Shown in pieces: positions 36,170-44,793 of a DNA stretch of 64,000 nt. A program made the translations under genes and the position numbers. Source of the DNA: Candidatus Saccharimonadales bacterium (GTDB lineage Bacteria > Patescibacteriota > Saccharimonadia > Saccharimonadales > UBA4665). Each line of letters opens with the position of its first letter. The stretch's first letter is position 1. The stretch spans positions 9,238 to 73,237 of the forward strand of contig JBBRZI010000001.1 in the NCBI GenBank assembly GCA_038236865.1, given 5' to 3'. Under the pieces are notes generated by a model that made no database searches, was not told where the DNA came from, and saw only the letters and a program-made list of their open reading frames with translations.

Positions 36170-36181
36170 GCTGGATTGTTC

Positions 36182-37189
36182 CTATTCAAGTTTGCTAAGT
36201 AGATCATCGGTGTAGCGTAGACATTCGGCACGGACATCTTCAAAGGGTTTGCCCCCAATGACTTTAAAGCCGCTGGCAAACTTGTGGCCGCCGCCGCCAA
36301 AGTGTTCGGCCAGATCGGCGCCCACGCCGGCACCCGGGTTACACCGAATGGCAGCCGTCACTTTGCCGTCGGTGTAATGCTTAAAGACGATAGCGACACG
36401 TACGCCGATGGTCTGCAGCATATCGCCGTGGATGAGCGGTGCGGGGTTATAGAGCGGACTGTACAGGTTGATCTCGTTCTGAGGGATAGCGACGCTCACC
36501 ACCGCTCCCTGGCTGCTGAACTGGGCCCGAGAAATCAGCAGAGCTTTGTATCTGAAGATAGCAACCGGCATTTTGGAATATTCGCGCCTGAGCTCCTCGA
36601 GTTTTGAGCGATCAACCCCGGCGTCGACGAGGCTGCCCATGATGCGGTAGGTGTCGGCGCTGGTGAGCTGGTTGGTCAGTCCCTGGGTGTCGCCGAGAAT
36701 CGAACTCATAATAAACTCTTGGGCCGCCACTGGTAGCGGCCAGGCAAGCTGACTGGCGATCATGAAGATCAGCTCTCCAGCCGAGGCCCGCTGGCCGTCG
36801 GTGATCTCGACCGTCGCAAATAGAATTGGGTTATCGACGCTCTGGTGGTGGTCGAGCACAATGCAGGGTTTGGCCGCCAGCCAGTTGATCTGGCCGGTTT
36901 GCTCTAATTTTTCGAGTAACGTCATGGTTGAAGCGTCAACGATAATACTGGCGTCAAACTGTTTGGGCATATCTTTTTCGACCCGATCCCAGCCGGGCAG
37001 ATAGTGGAGGTAGCCGGGCATGTCGACGCCACAGTACAGGGTGGTTTGCTTGCCCATCTCGCCTAAAATTTCTTCGAGCGCCAGCGCACTACCGAGTGAA
37101 TCGGCGTCGGGGTTATCGGCTTGGACGATGACGATGTGCTGGGCGGCTTGTAAAATGTCTTGGATGTGGCTGGCTGTGGGGTAGTGCAT
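36182..37189 (-). CDS. DHH/DHHA1 family phosphoesterase (NrnA-like)
   Basis: 335 aa with NPDADSLGSALAL, IIVDAS, LDHH and GGGGHKFASG motifs. Confidence 0.8.
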   Translation of the reverse strand: MHYPTASHIQDILQAAQHIVIVQADNPDADSLGSALALEEILGEMGKQTTLYCGVDMPGYLHYLPGWDRVEKDMPKQFDASIIVDASTMTLLEKLEQTGQINWLAAKPCIVLDHHQSVDNPILFATVEITDGQRASAGELIFMIASQLAWPLPVAAQEFIMSSILGDTQGLTNQLTSADTYRIMGSLVDAGVDRSKLEELRREYSKMPVAIFRYKALLISRAQFSSQGAVVSVAIPQNEINLYSPLYNPAPLIHGDMLQTIGVRVAIVFKHYTDGKVTAAIRCNPGAGVGADLAEHFGGGGHKFASGFKVIGGKPFEDVRAECLRYTDDLLSKLE

Positions 37190-37270
37190 ACCTAACAGTA
37201 TATGTCACTCGTCGCTCTAGGCTAGCTTTTTACTAAAAATTAGCCACGATGGGAAGGCTACTCGGGGATT

Positions 37271-37609
37271 TTACATACTGGGTAGCGGCAGCATCTCAAA
37301 GACATCGATCGAAGCGCCGGCTGTCTTTAGGTGCGGGTGCGTTTGCAACAAGGCCATAATAGCCGTTTTGGACTCGCCTTCTAACATGGAGTAGCCAGAT
37401 GCTGGGTTATTGCTGTTGGTGACGCCGTCGGGTGTCACCCGCCCGACGGCTTGCAGCGGTAAACCGAAATCAACGGCAGCCGACTTGCTGGCGACTTCGC
37501 GCCAGGCCATCCACTCGGCCATACTTGCCTGACTATCGTTGGAACTGGCAGTAGCCATCGGTGGTTGCGCGTGCACAAACGTGTTGTATATAATCAAATA
37601 CTTTGCCAT
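37271..37609 (-). CDS. Hypothetical protein
   Basis: 112-aa ORF with no confident family. Confidence 0.45.
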   Translation of the reverse strand: MAKYLIIYNTFVHAQPPMATASSNDSQASMAEWMAWREVASKSAAVDFGLPLQAVGRVTPDGVTNSNNPASGYSMLEGESKTAIMALLQTHPHLKTAGASIDVFEMLPLPSM

Positions 37610-37670
37610 GGTTTGTCTCCTGCTGTTACGTAAATCCCATTGTAGTCCCGCCCGTAATTATTTTGCAATG

Positions 37671-37693
37671 AAAAAACCCGAGCTTTGCTCGGG
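37671..37693 (-). terminator. Rho-independent terminator after recR
   Basis: The minus strand reads CCCGAGC-AAA-GCTCGGG-TTTTTT, 56 nt after the recR stop. Confidence 0.6.
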
Positions 37694-37748
37694 GCCTGGG
37701 GCGGGCGTTTAAAGGGCAAATGAGTTGGAATTGCAGCTAGACTTTTGA

Positions 37749-38354
37749 CTAGAGGGTTTGGCGACCTTCGAGGGCGCGACCAAGTGAGATTTGGTCGGCG
37801 TATTCGAGGTCGACACCAACGGACAGACCACGGGCCAACCGGCTGATTTTGACACTGCGGTCGCCGAGCTCTCGCTGGATGTAGAGGGCGGTCGATTCGC
37901 CTTCGACGCTGGCGTTGGTGGCGAGGATTATCTCCTGGACGTTATCTTCGTCAATGCGGGCGATAAGTTCTTTGATGTGGAGCTGTTCGGGGCTGATGCC
38001 GTCGATCGGTGAAACCAAGCCGCCCAATACGTGATAGGTGCCATGGAACTGATTGGTTTTTTCGATGGCGACGAGGTCGAACGGTTCGGCGACAACCGCA
38101 ATTGTTTGTTTATCCCGCCGCGGGTCGGTGTAGAGGTCTGAGTATTCCTGGTCGGCCGGAATCAGCGCAAAGGTCTTTTTGCAGTAGCCAATGCCGCCGT
38201 GCAAATTCTGCAGGCCAGCCGCCAGTTGATTGGCGGTACTGGCATCACGGCGGACAAGGTAATAGGCATAGCGTTCGGCGGTCCGTGGGCCGACGCCCGG
38301 CAATAACCCAAAGGCATCAATCAGATCACGGAGCGCCGGTGGCAGGATTTGCAT
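37749..38354 (-). CDS. recR: Recombination protein RecR (degenerate zinc finger)
   Basis: Has the LPGVGPRTAERYAYYL HhH motif and a Toprim region (ATNASVEGESTALYI). Only one of the four canonical Zn-finger Cys residues is present. Confidence 0.9.
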   Translation of the reverse strand: MQILPPALRDLIDAFGLLPGVGPRTAERYAYYLVRRDASTANQLAAGLQNLHGGIGYCKKTFALIPADQEYSDLYTDPRRDKQTIAVVAEPFDLVAIEKTNQFHGTYHVLGGLVSPIDGISPEQLHIKELIARIDEDNVQEIILATNASVEGESTALYIQRELGDRSVKISRLARGLSVGVDLEYADQISLGRALEGRQTL

Positions 38355-38363
38355 TGAGCGCTG

Positions 38364-38657
38364 CTATAGTCCCAGGCTGCCAAGTGCACCCATCATGGGC
38401 TGCATTTTTTCGGCGGCAATGCGCTGGCTTTCGCCAATCGCTTCTTTGACAGCGTCTTCAACCCAGTGCTCAAGCTGGCCGATATCAGCCAGATCGACAT
38501 ATTCCGGATCGATCGTAATCTTCTTGAGCTTCTGCTCGCCGGTGAACTCAACGCGCACGGCGCCGTCACCTTTCTCGACACTAATAATTTGTTTTTGTAG
38601 TTCTTTTTGGATTTTCTTGACGCGCATGAGCATCTTAGCTTGGTCAAAACGGTTCAT
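38364..38657 (-). CDS. YbaB/EbfC family nucleoid-associated protein
   Basis: 97 aa with the MLMRVKKIQKELQK...GDGAVRVEFTGEQKLKKITIDPE pattern. Confidence 0.9.
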   Translation of the reverse strand: MNRFDQAKMLMRVKKIQKELQKQIISVEKGDGAVRVEFTGEQKLKKITIDPEYVDLADIGQLEHWVEDAVKEAIGESQRIAAEKMQPMMGALGSLGL

Positions 38658-38688
38658 AAGTCTTTCCTCCTGGTCTTATTGTAGCAAT

Positions 38689-39879
38689 CTAACGGCGGTA
38701 GTGGAAGACAGCCTGCGTGGTGGCATTATGCGGCCAGGCCACAAAGTAGGCGCGCAGGTTGTACATACAGCTGAACGCCACGGCAATTGTTAACAAGCCG
38801 ATACCAAGACTGCGGGCGATTGGGTTATATGGAAAGACGCGCAGCCAGCTTTTGAGCAGTGAGTTTAAGCCAGCCGCGGCAATCAAAAAGACGACTGGTA
38901 CCAGAACACTCAAGCCAACCGGACCACCCAAACCAACCAACACCATACCGATGAGTAGCACCAGGGCGAACTGGCGGGCCCGCCGGGCCCGCCAGTGGCG
39001 GAGGTAGAAGAAGCTGCCAGTAATTATGAAAGCCAGTGTCACGATGTCGAAAATAGGCAGTCGACCCAGCCATAGTTCGGGATAGGCCGGTCCACGAATT
39101 AACAGATGTGCCGGCACCGCCAACAGTTGTTTACCGAACAGCGCGGCCGTGGGCAGTATAGCGGGCAATCCCAGCCACAGCCGCCAGTCGGCGCTGGAGC
39201 GGATAAGTGTCGGTAGTAGAAGGGGCAACCAGAGCAGGCCTAGACCGGTGTAGACCAGCCGTTGCCACCAGCTGTGGTATTCAGCCCAACCATCTTGGAT
39301 ATCGCGCCACGACAAGGCGATCATCAGCAGAACCAACCAAACAAGTCCTGGTATGAACAGCAGCACACTGTACGACAGCATCGAACCATAAAAAACCAGG
39401 GCCGACTGCGGATAGCGCTGGCGGAGCGTGTAACCGAGCAGCAACAGCAGCACCGCCCAAAGGTAGAGCACATCGTAGCTGGCCAGTCGACTGACGTGCA
39501 GCACCCAGCTGGAGGTGGCAAACAAAGCGACCGCTAAGCTAGTAGTTCGGGTGCCGTGAAAGCTCCGGACGAGCGTCGCAAACGTCACCACGCTCAGTAA
39601 CCCAAATAGGGTATTGGCTAGGCGCGTGACCAACTGCCCATGATCGGAGACTAAGTAAAAGAGCACTGACTGGACAAACTTGAGGGGCAGATAGAGTGGG
39701 TGGGCATAAAGCCCGTGCCAACCGAGCGGTGCACCGGCCACGGCGACCTCTCCAGTGCTCAGGCCGTCGGTCAGCGAACCGAGCCGGTAGATCAGTAGGC
39801 CGGCACTGGCGGCCAATCCGAGTCCGAGCATGAGTATCAGACGCCAATGCGTCGTGAGTGTGGAGCGAACGTTTTTCAT
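38689..39879 (-). CDS. Polytopic membrane protein (possible GT-C-type glycosyltransferase)
   Basis: 396 aa with more than 10 TM helices. The family call is tentative. Confidence 0.45.
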   Translation of the reverse strand: MKNVRSTLTTHWRLILMLGLGLAASAGLLIYRLGSLTDGLSTGEVAVAGAPLGWHGLYAHPLYLPLKFVQSVLFYLVSDHGQLVTRLANTLFGLLSVVTFATLVRSFHGTRTTSLAVALFATSSWVLHVSRLASYDVLYLWAVLLLLLGYTLRQRYPQSALVFYGSMLSYSVLLFIPGLVWLVLLMIALSWRDIQDGWAEYHSWWQRLVYTGLGLLWLPLLLPTLIRSSADWRLWLGLPAILPTAALFGKQLLAVPAHLLIRGPAYPELWLGRLPIFDIVTLAFIITGSFFYLRHWRARRARQFALVLLIGMVLVGLGGPVGLSVLVPVVFLIAAAGLNSLLKSWLRVFPYNPIARSLGIGLLTIAVAFSCMYNLRAYFVAWPHNATTQAVFHYRR

Positions 39880-39909
39880 TGTTGCCGTAATTATAGCAGT
39901 ATCGAGGCT

Positions 39910-41277
39910 TTATTCATTGCCGGCGAACGGGTCGCCGTGGGCAGTATCGAGTGAACGAAAGCGTTGTTTTTCATTATCAAAGTAGAGCTCGACGCCGCCC
40001 GTCGGACCATTACGGTGTTTTTTGATGAAGATGTCGGTAATCTTTTTGCGATCAGTTTCGGGATTGTAATACTCTTCGCGGTAAATAAAGGCGACGACGT
40101 CGGCGTCCTGCTCGATGGAGCCTGATTCACGCAAATCGGACAGTTGGGGGATTTGCGGCGAGCGGTTCTCGACCGACCGACTGAGCTGGCTGAGCGCCAA
40201 GACAGGAACGTTAAGCTCACGAGCGACGCCTTTGAGGCCCCGTGATATTTCGGAGATTTCCTGGACGCGGTTACCTTCCCCGCCAAACCGGCCGACGCCG
40301 CTCATCAGTTGTAGGTAATCAACAATAATCAGACCCAGCGGGTGTTGGTGGTTCTCGCGGCGGGCCTTAGTACGGAGGTCACTGATCGTAATACTAGGGG
40401 TGTCGTCGATGAACATTTGCGCTTCGCTGAGAGTACCCATGGCCTGGCCGATTTTTTCAAAGTCGGCGTCGGTTAAGTTGCCGGTGCGCAGTGCCCAGGC
40501 ATCAACCCCGGATTCCATAGACAGCAGCCGGTCAACCAGCTGTTCTTTACTCATTTCTAAACTGAACATAAGGACCGCTTGCTTGGATTGGACGGCGACG
40601 TTGTGAGCGAAGTTGAGGGCCAAGGCCGTCTTGCCCATTGACGGGCGGGCGGCCAGAATCACCAGGTCGGAGCGCTGAAAGCCGGCCAGGACTTTATCGA
40701 GATCGCGAAAACCGGTCGGCACACCGCGAATTTTCTGCTTATCTTTATGCAGGTCATCGAGACGGTCGAAACTCTCGGCTAAAATTGTTTCGAGGGAGAC
40801 GACGCTTTGCTTGATATGTTGCTGGCTAACTTCGAACAGACGCATTTCGGCTTCTTCGATCAGTTCACGCAGTTCTTTGCTTTCATCGTAGCCGAGACCG
40901 ATAATATCCTGGGAAGCGGCAATCAGGCGGCGGCGCAAGGCTTTTTGGGCGACGATGGCGGCATATTGCTCGACATGGGCAGCCGTCGGGACGAAGTTAG
41001 TCAGTTCCGTTAAATAAGCCGGCCCGCCGATCATATCGAGGTAGCCGTTATTTTTAAGAGCGTTGGCCAGCGTGAGTACATCGATGGCGTCGCGCCGTTC
41101 GTAGAGCTGGTTTACGGCTTCATAGATGCGTTGGTGGCGAACCTCAAAGAAATCGGCCGCCGACAAACTGTCGGCAATCTTCACAATCGCGTCGCTATCA
41201 ATCAGGATGGCGCCAAGTAGTGAGCTCTCGGCTTCGCTGTTTTGGGGTGGTGGCGGGTTGGTAGTAGTGGCTTTCAT
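39910..41277 (-). CDS. dnaB: Replicative DNA helicase DnaB
   Basis: Contains AESSLLGAILID, GLGYDE..., Walker A ARPSMGKTALALN, and the LIIVDYLQLM and SQLSRSVE motifs. Confidence 0.95.
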   Translation of the reverse strand: MKATTTNPPPPQNSEAESSLLGAILIDSDAIVKIADSLSAADFFEVRHQRIYEAVNQLYERRDAIDVLTLANALKNNGYLDMIGGPAYLTELTNFVPTAAHVEQYAAIVAQKALRRRLIAASQDIIGLGYDESKELRELIEEAEMRLFEVSQQHIKQSVVSLETILAESFDRLDDLHKDKQKIRGVPTGFRDLDKVLAGFQRSDLVILAARPSMGKTALALNFAHNVAVQSKQAVLMFSLEMSKEQLVDRLLSMESGVDAWALRTGNLTDADFEKIGQAMGTLSEAQMFIDDTPSITISDLRTKARRENHQHPLGLIIVDYLQLMSGVGRFGGEGNRVQEISEISRGLKGVARELNVPVLALSQLSRSVENRSPQIPQLSDLRESGSIEQDADVVAFIYREEYYNPETDRKKITDIFIKKHRNGPTGGVELYFDNEKQRFRSLDTAHGDPFAGNE

Positions 41278-41299
41278 GATAACGATCCTCGGGGTATAC

Positions 41300-42823
41300 C
41301 TATGAGTCTAACAGTTCTCCGCCGCCAAATATACTATTTATTTGACTCATGTCGGTTGGGGTTGTCTGATTGGGCAAACCAACGATGGCCGTGGGCGGTA
41401 GATTTGGCTTGTCGCCGGGCTTGAGCAGTATGCATGAAATTACAATCGTGCGGCCGCTAACACCTTCTATAATGTCCATAATTATCTTCTTATTTTTAGC
41501 GTCACTGATGCGTTTTTGGTGAAAAGTGAACGTGAAGCCTAGTTGTAGGTTGTCGCCATCAAAGGTCGGCTGGGCCATCCGTACGACGCCGTAGAGGGTG
41601 TTGTGCTTGAGCTTAAGCGCGGCGAGTATCAGTGGCCACAGTGTGGCGTCATCTGGGTTCACGACGACAGGGGAAGCGGTGAGGGCTTTGGGTGGTTGGG
41701 CTGGTATAGGTTCGGCTACCGCGCTTGGTGCGGGTGATGGTATCGGCTCGGCTGTGGCTTGGTCCGGTTTTGCGGCTGGCTCGACGACGACGGCCTTGGG
41801 GCTAGGAGTCGCCACTGATGGTTGGGCCGGAACTACCGCGGCGGCCGGTGCAAGCTTGAGGCTCAATACATCAAGTAGTACGATTTCAAGGTAGCGCTCG
41901 GGGTTGTGTGACGTCGGCACATCGATCAGGCGACCGAGCAAATCGAGCGTTGCTTGAGTAATGGGGGCTCGGCTGTGCAGGAGGTGCGCCCGTAGTTTTT
42001 GGCCGAGCTGCTTAGCAATCGCCGCGGCTTGGAAGCCTTGGTCATACATATTGCCTAACTGCTGGAGCGCCGACTCGGCGCTTTGCGGTGTGAGTGGTGA
42101 TTCAATCAGCTCGCATAACGCCTCGACAGCCGTTTCCGGGGGGATGCCGAGCAAGGTTTGGATGTCGGCTAGCTCAAGCGCCTGGCCGTTGCTACTGGCT
42201 TGATCGAGTAAACTAATGCTGTCGCGAAAGCTACCTTCACCATGGACGGCCAGTAACTCGAGAGCGGCCTGGCTGATACTGATCTTTTCGGCGGCGGCGA
42301 TGAAACTGAGGTGTTTAACGACCTTGGCCGGTTCGACCGGTTTAAAGGTGTAGCGCTGGGTACGACTGACAATTGTTTCGGGCAGCTTGTGGGCGTCGGT
42401 CGTCGCCAGAATGAAGACGACGTGGGCTGGTGGCTCTTCGAGGGTTTTGAGCAGCGCGTTGAAGGCTTCTTTGGTCAGCATATGGACTTCGTCGATTATG
42501 TAGACTTTGTATTTTGAGCTGGTGGGTGCGATGTGGACTTTGTCGCGCAGCTCGCGAATCTCATCGATACGGCGGTTACTGGCGGCGTCAATTTCGATGA
42601 TGTCGATATCCATGCGGTCGTCGACATACGGCAGACCATTAATCTCGTGGGCGAGAATGCGGGCGATACTCGTCTTGCCGACACCGCGCGGGCCCGTAAA
42701 CAGATAGGCGTGGCTGATCCGGCCAGCCTTGATGGCCTTACCGAGTGTTTGGGTGATGTGTTCTTGCCCTATAATCTCGCCCAAGTTTTTAGAACGGTAT
42801 TTTCGATATAATGCTTGCCCCAT
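41300..42823 (-). CDS. dnaX: DNA polymerase III subunit gamma/tau
   Basis: Start trimmed to MGQALYRKYRSKNLGEIIGQEHI. Contains GPRGVGKTS, IIDEVHML and SRTQRY motifs. Confidence 0.9.
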   Translation of the reverse strand: MGQALYRKYRSKNLGEIIGQEHITQTLGKAIKAGRISHAYLFTGPRGVGKTSIARILAHEINGLPYVDDRMDIDIIEIDAASNRRIDEIRELRDKVHIAPTSSKYKVYIIDEVHMLTKEAFNALLKTLEEPPAHVVFILATTDAHKLPETIVSRTQRYTFKPVEPAKVVKHLSFIAAAEKISISQAALELLAVHGEGSFRDSISLLDQASSNGQALELADIQTLLGIPPETAVEALCELIESPLTPQSAESALQQLGNMYDQGFQAAAIAKQLGQKLRAHLLHSRAPITQATLDLLGRLIDVPTSHNPERYLEIVLLDVLSLKLAPAAAVVPAQPSVATPSPKAVVVEPAAKPDQATAEPIPSPAPSAVAEPIPAQPPKALTASPVVVNPDDATLWPLILAALKLKHNTLYGVVRMAQPTFDGDNLQLGFTFTFHQKRISDAKNKKIIMDIIEGVSGRTIVISCILLKPGDKPNLPPTAIVGLPNQTTPTDMSQINSIFGGGELLDS

Positions 42824-42876
42824 AGACACTTCTATTATAACCGACAACGCCTCAGATGGGTTGTTGTGTAATTCAA

Positions 42877-42970
42877 GTAGTTGGATAGTAGGATAGTAAA
42901 ATAGTAGGATAGTTAGCTGGAGCTCACTAGCCTACTATCCAATTAGTACACTGTCTAACTATCCTACTAT
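42877..42970. repeat. Octamer array 1: five in-phase ATAGNNGG-type octamers, a 14-bp spacer, then five octamers in inverted orientation
   Basis: The left arm is GTAGTTGG ATAGTAGG ATAGTAAA ATAGTAGG ATAGTTAG. The spacer is ctggagctcactag. The right arm is CCTACTAT CCAATTAG TACACTGT CTAACTAT CCTACTAT. It includes a perfect 16-bp inverted repeat (42901-42916 / 42955-42970). Confidence 0.85.
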
Positions 42971-43476
42971 AGAGCGGCTTCGAGAGCGGCCCACTCGGCG
43001 CCGGCGTCGTCCTCAGGGACATTGACACTAACTTGGTCACCTGGCTTGGCTTTGAAGTAGGTTACGCTGGCGAGCAAAACGCGGAAGTTGCGGCCATTCA
43101 CGTCGACGAAGTAGTGGCCGTTTTCGAGCTTGAGAGCGCCGATAACTTGTTTGCGGGGGATTGGACCGATCTGCTTATACAGAAAGGCACCCTCTTCAGT
43201 AATCGTCAATTTGAGAATATCGCCTTGAACCAGCTTGGATTTGCTGGCGTAGTTGGCGGGTACGGGATAAGTTTTGCTGTCGGAACCAACCATATTTTGA
43301 CCGTCAAAAACGCCTTCGATAATTTTACCGAGGGTTTCTTCGCGGACAATTGCGACGGTGTTTTCGTCATCACCAACAAGGCTAATCAGCAGTTCGTTGG
43401 CGGCTGCAAGATTGGTCTCGGCTTCTTGAATAAGGGCTCGTAAGCGCTTGATTTGTTTTTCTGGTACTTCAGGCAT
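42967..43476 (-). CDS. Hypothetical protein
   Basis: 169-aa ORF between rplL and dnaX with no recognised family. Confidence 0.55.
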   Translation of the reverse strand: MPEVPEKQIKRLRALIQEAETNLAAANELLISLVGDDENTVAIVREETLGKIIEGVFDGQNMVGSDSKTYPVPANYASKSKLVQGDILKLTITEEGAFLYKQIGPIPRKQVIGALKLENGHYFVDVNGRNFRVLLASVTYFKAKPGDQVSVNVPEDDAGAEWAALEAAL

Positions 43477-43573
43477 TTAGTCTTGTCTCTCGTGTAAGTA
43501 TTTATTAGTACACTTACCCATAAAAATATCATAATTCTATAGGCAAGTCAAAGCCAATCAGTGGGCTGTGGAT

Positions 43574-43609
43574 AAAACTGTCGCCCCATCTGTCAGACAG
43601 GGCGACAGT
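43574..43609 (-). terminator. Probable terminator after rplL
   Basis: The minus strand has the 10-bp stem ACTGTCGCCC / GGGCGACAGT followed by TTTATCC. The T-tail is short. Confidence 0.5.
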
Positions 43610-43623
43610 TCGGGTCAAATTCG

Positions 43624-43998
43624 TTAGACGAGTTCGACAGTTGCGCCAGCGGCTTCGAGGGCTTTTTTGGCCTTCTCAGCATCGTCTTTGGCAGCTTTTT
43701 CGAGGATCGTCTTTGGCACGCCATCGACTAAGGCTTTAGCTTCACCAAGACCAAGACCGGTGATGTCTTTAACGGCCTTAATAACGGCAACCTTAGCGGC
43801 ACCAGCGTCCTTCAGGACGACATCGTATTCACTCTTGGCGTCTTCAGCGGGAGCGGCGTCACCAGGAGCAGCAGCAACAGCAACGGCTGCGGCGGCTGGT
43901 TCGATACCGTATTCGTCTTTGAGGATAGTGCCGAGTTCGTTCACTTCCAGTACGGTCAGCCCAACGAGCTGTTCTGCAATTTTCTTTAAATCTGCCAT
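43624..43998 (-). CDS. rplL: 50S ribosomal protein L7/L12
   Basis: 124 aa. Has [22 protein letters not shown], an Ala-rich hinge and C-terminal ...[12 protein letters not shown]...[11 protein letters not shown]. Confidence 0.95.
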   Translation of the reverse strand: MADLKKIAEQLVGLTVLEVNELGTILKDEYGIEPAAAAVAVAAAPGDAAPAEDAKSEYDVVLKDAGAAKVAVIKAVKDITGLGLGEAKALVDGVPKTILEKAAKDDAEKAKKALEAAGATVELV

Positions 43999-44069
43999 GT
44001 TAATTTCTCCTTGAAATCTATGTAGTTACTAGTTTGTAGTGGTCTAATTATGGGTGTAACCCCGAAAAG

Positions 44070-44594
44070 CTAATTAGCAGCTTTGGCTTCGAGCCCTTTG
44101 AGTAAGCCGTGCAAATTACCGGACAAACTGCTCATGACGCCATTGATTGGGCCGTTGAGGGTGTTAATGAGTCCAGCAATTAGCGCGTCCTTGCTTGGAA
44201 GGGTCGCGAGCACTTTGACGTTGGCGGCATCGATAAACGTGCCGTCGGGGGTAATACCGCCGACAAATTGTAGTGTCGGGTTGGCTTTGGCAAACGTGTG
44301 CAGGGTTTGGGCCGAAGCAACTTCGTCCTCGGCATTGAAGGCGTACAATAGCATACCTTCGAGCGCACCCGTTTCAACACTTTTTAAGGCGTCAGACTGC
44401 TGCAAGGCTTTAATGACCAAGCGGTTTTTGACGACTTTAACTTTCGTGCCGTTAGCCCGAGCATCGCGGCGTAAACTCTGGAGAGCTTTGACCGTGGTGC
44501 CTTCGAACTTAGCGACGACTGTCAGCTTAGAAGCGCTCAGTAGAGCGGCAACTTCAGCGACGATGACGTCTTTTTCTTGTTTTGTCAGTGCCAT
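44070..44594 (-). CDS. rplJ: 50S ribosomal protein L10
   Basis: Start trimmed to MALTKQEKDVIVAEVAALL (ATG 44594), with AGGAG upstream. It is adjacent to rplL. Confidence 0.9.
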   Translation of the reverse strand: MALTKQEKDVIVAEVAALLSASKLTVVAKFEGTTVKALQSLRRDARANGTKVKVVKNRLVIKALQQSDALKSVETGALEGMLLYAFNAEDEVASAQTLHTFAKANPTLQFVGGITPDGTFIDAANVKVLATLPSKDALIAGLINTLNGPINGVMSSLSGNLHGLLKGLEAKAAN

Positions 44595-44793
44595 AAGGAA
44601 GTATCTCCTGCTTATGTTGTTGGTGCATAGTGATCGACCACAGCTATGCGTTAGCTTGTTTCGTTGCCAAACAAAAACGTCTTTAAACGGTTGGTTCAAA
44701 GACGTTCAAACACTCTTTGCAGAGTTTGTTTGTACCTCGGCGACATAATTAAGGCCTAAGCCCGTCGCTGTCTCTGGCAACTTACTGGGTATT
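44595..44793 (-). promoter_or_regulatory. Structured rplJ leader with terminator-like hairpin (candidate L10-type autoregulatory leader)
   Basis: The minus strand has AACGTCTTT-(13 nt)-AAAGACGTT-TTTGTTTGG (44667-44706) and a second hairpin CAAACAAACTCT-GCAA-AGAGTGTTTG upstream. Function is inferred only. Confidence 0.3.

Noticed and set aside
41903-41918. TGTGACGTCGGCACA as another CRP-type site
   Set aside because: It lies inside the dnaX coding region and does not fit the N6 spacing with TCACA.
42877-42970. Octamer arrays as CRISPR or DnaA-box cluster
   Set aside because: The repeat unit is 8 bp with no spacers, so this is not a CRISPR. The units (ATAGNNGG / CCNNCTAT) do not match the TTATCCACA DnaA-box consensus, and no dnaA/dnaN is adjacent.
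44083-44748. 221-aa plus-strand ORF
   Set aside because: It is antisense to rplJ and its leader. It is Ser/Leu/Ala-rich shadow-frame sequence of a GC-rich gene.
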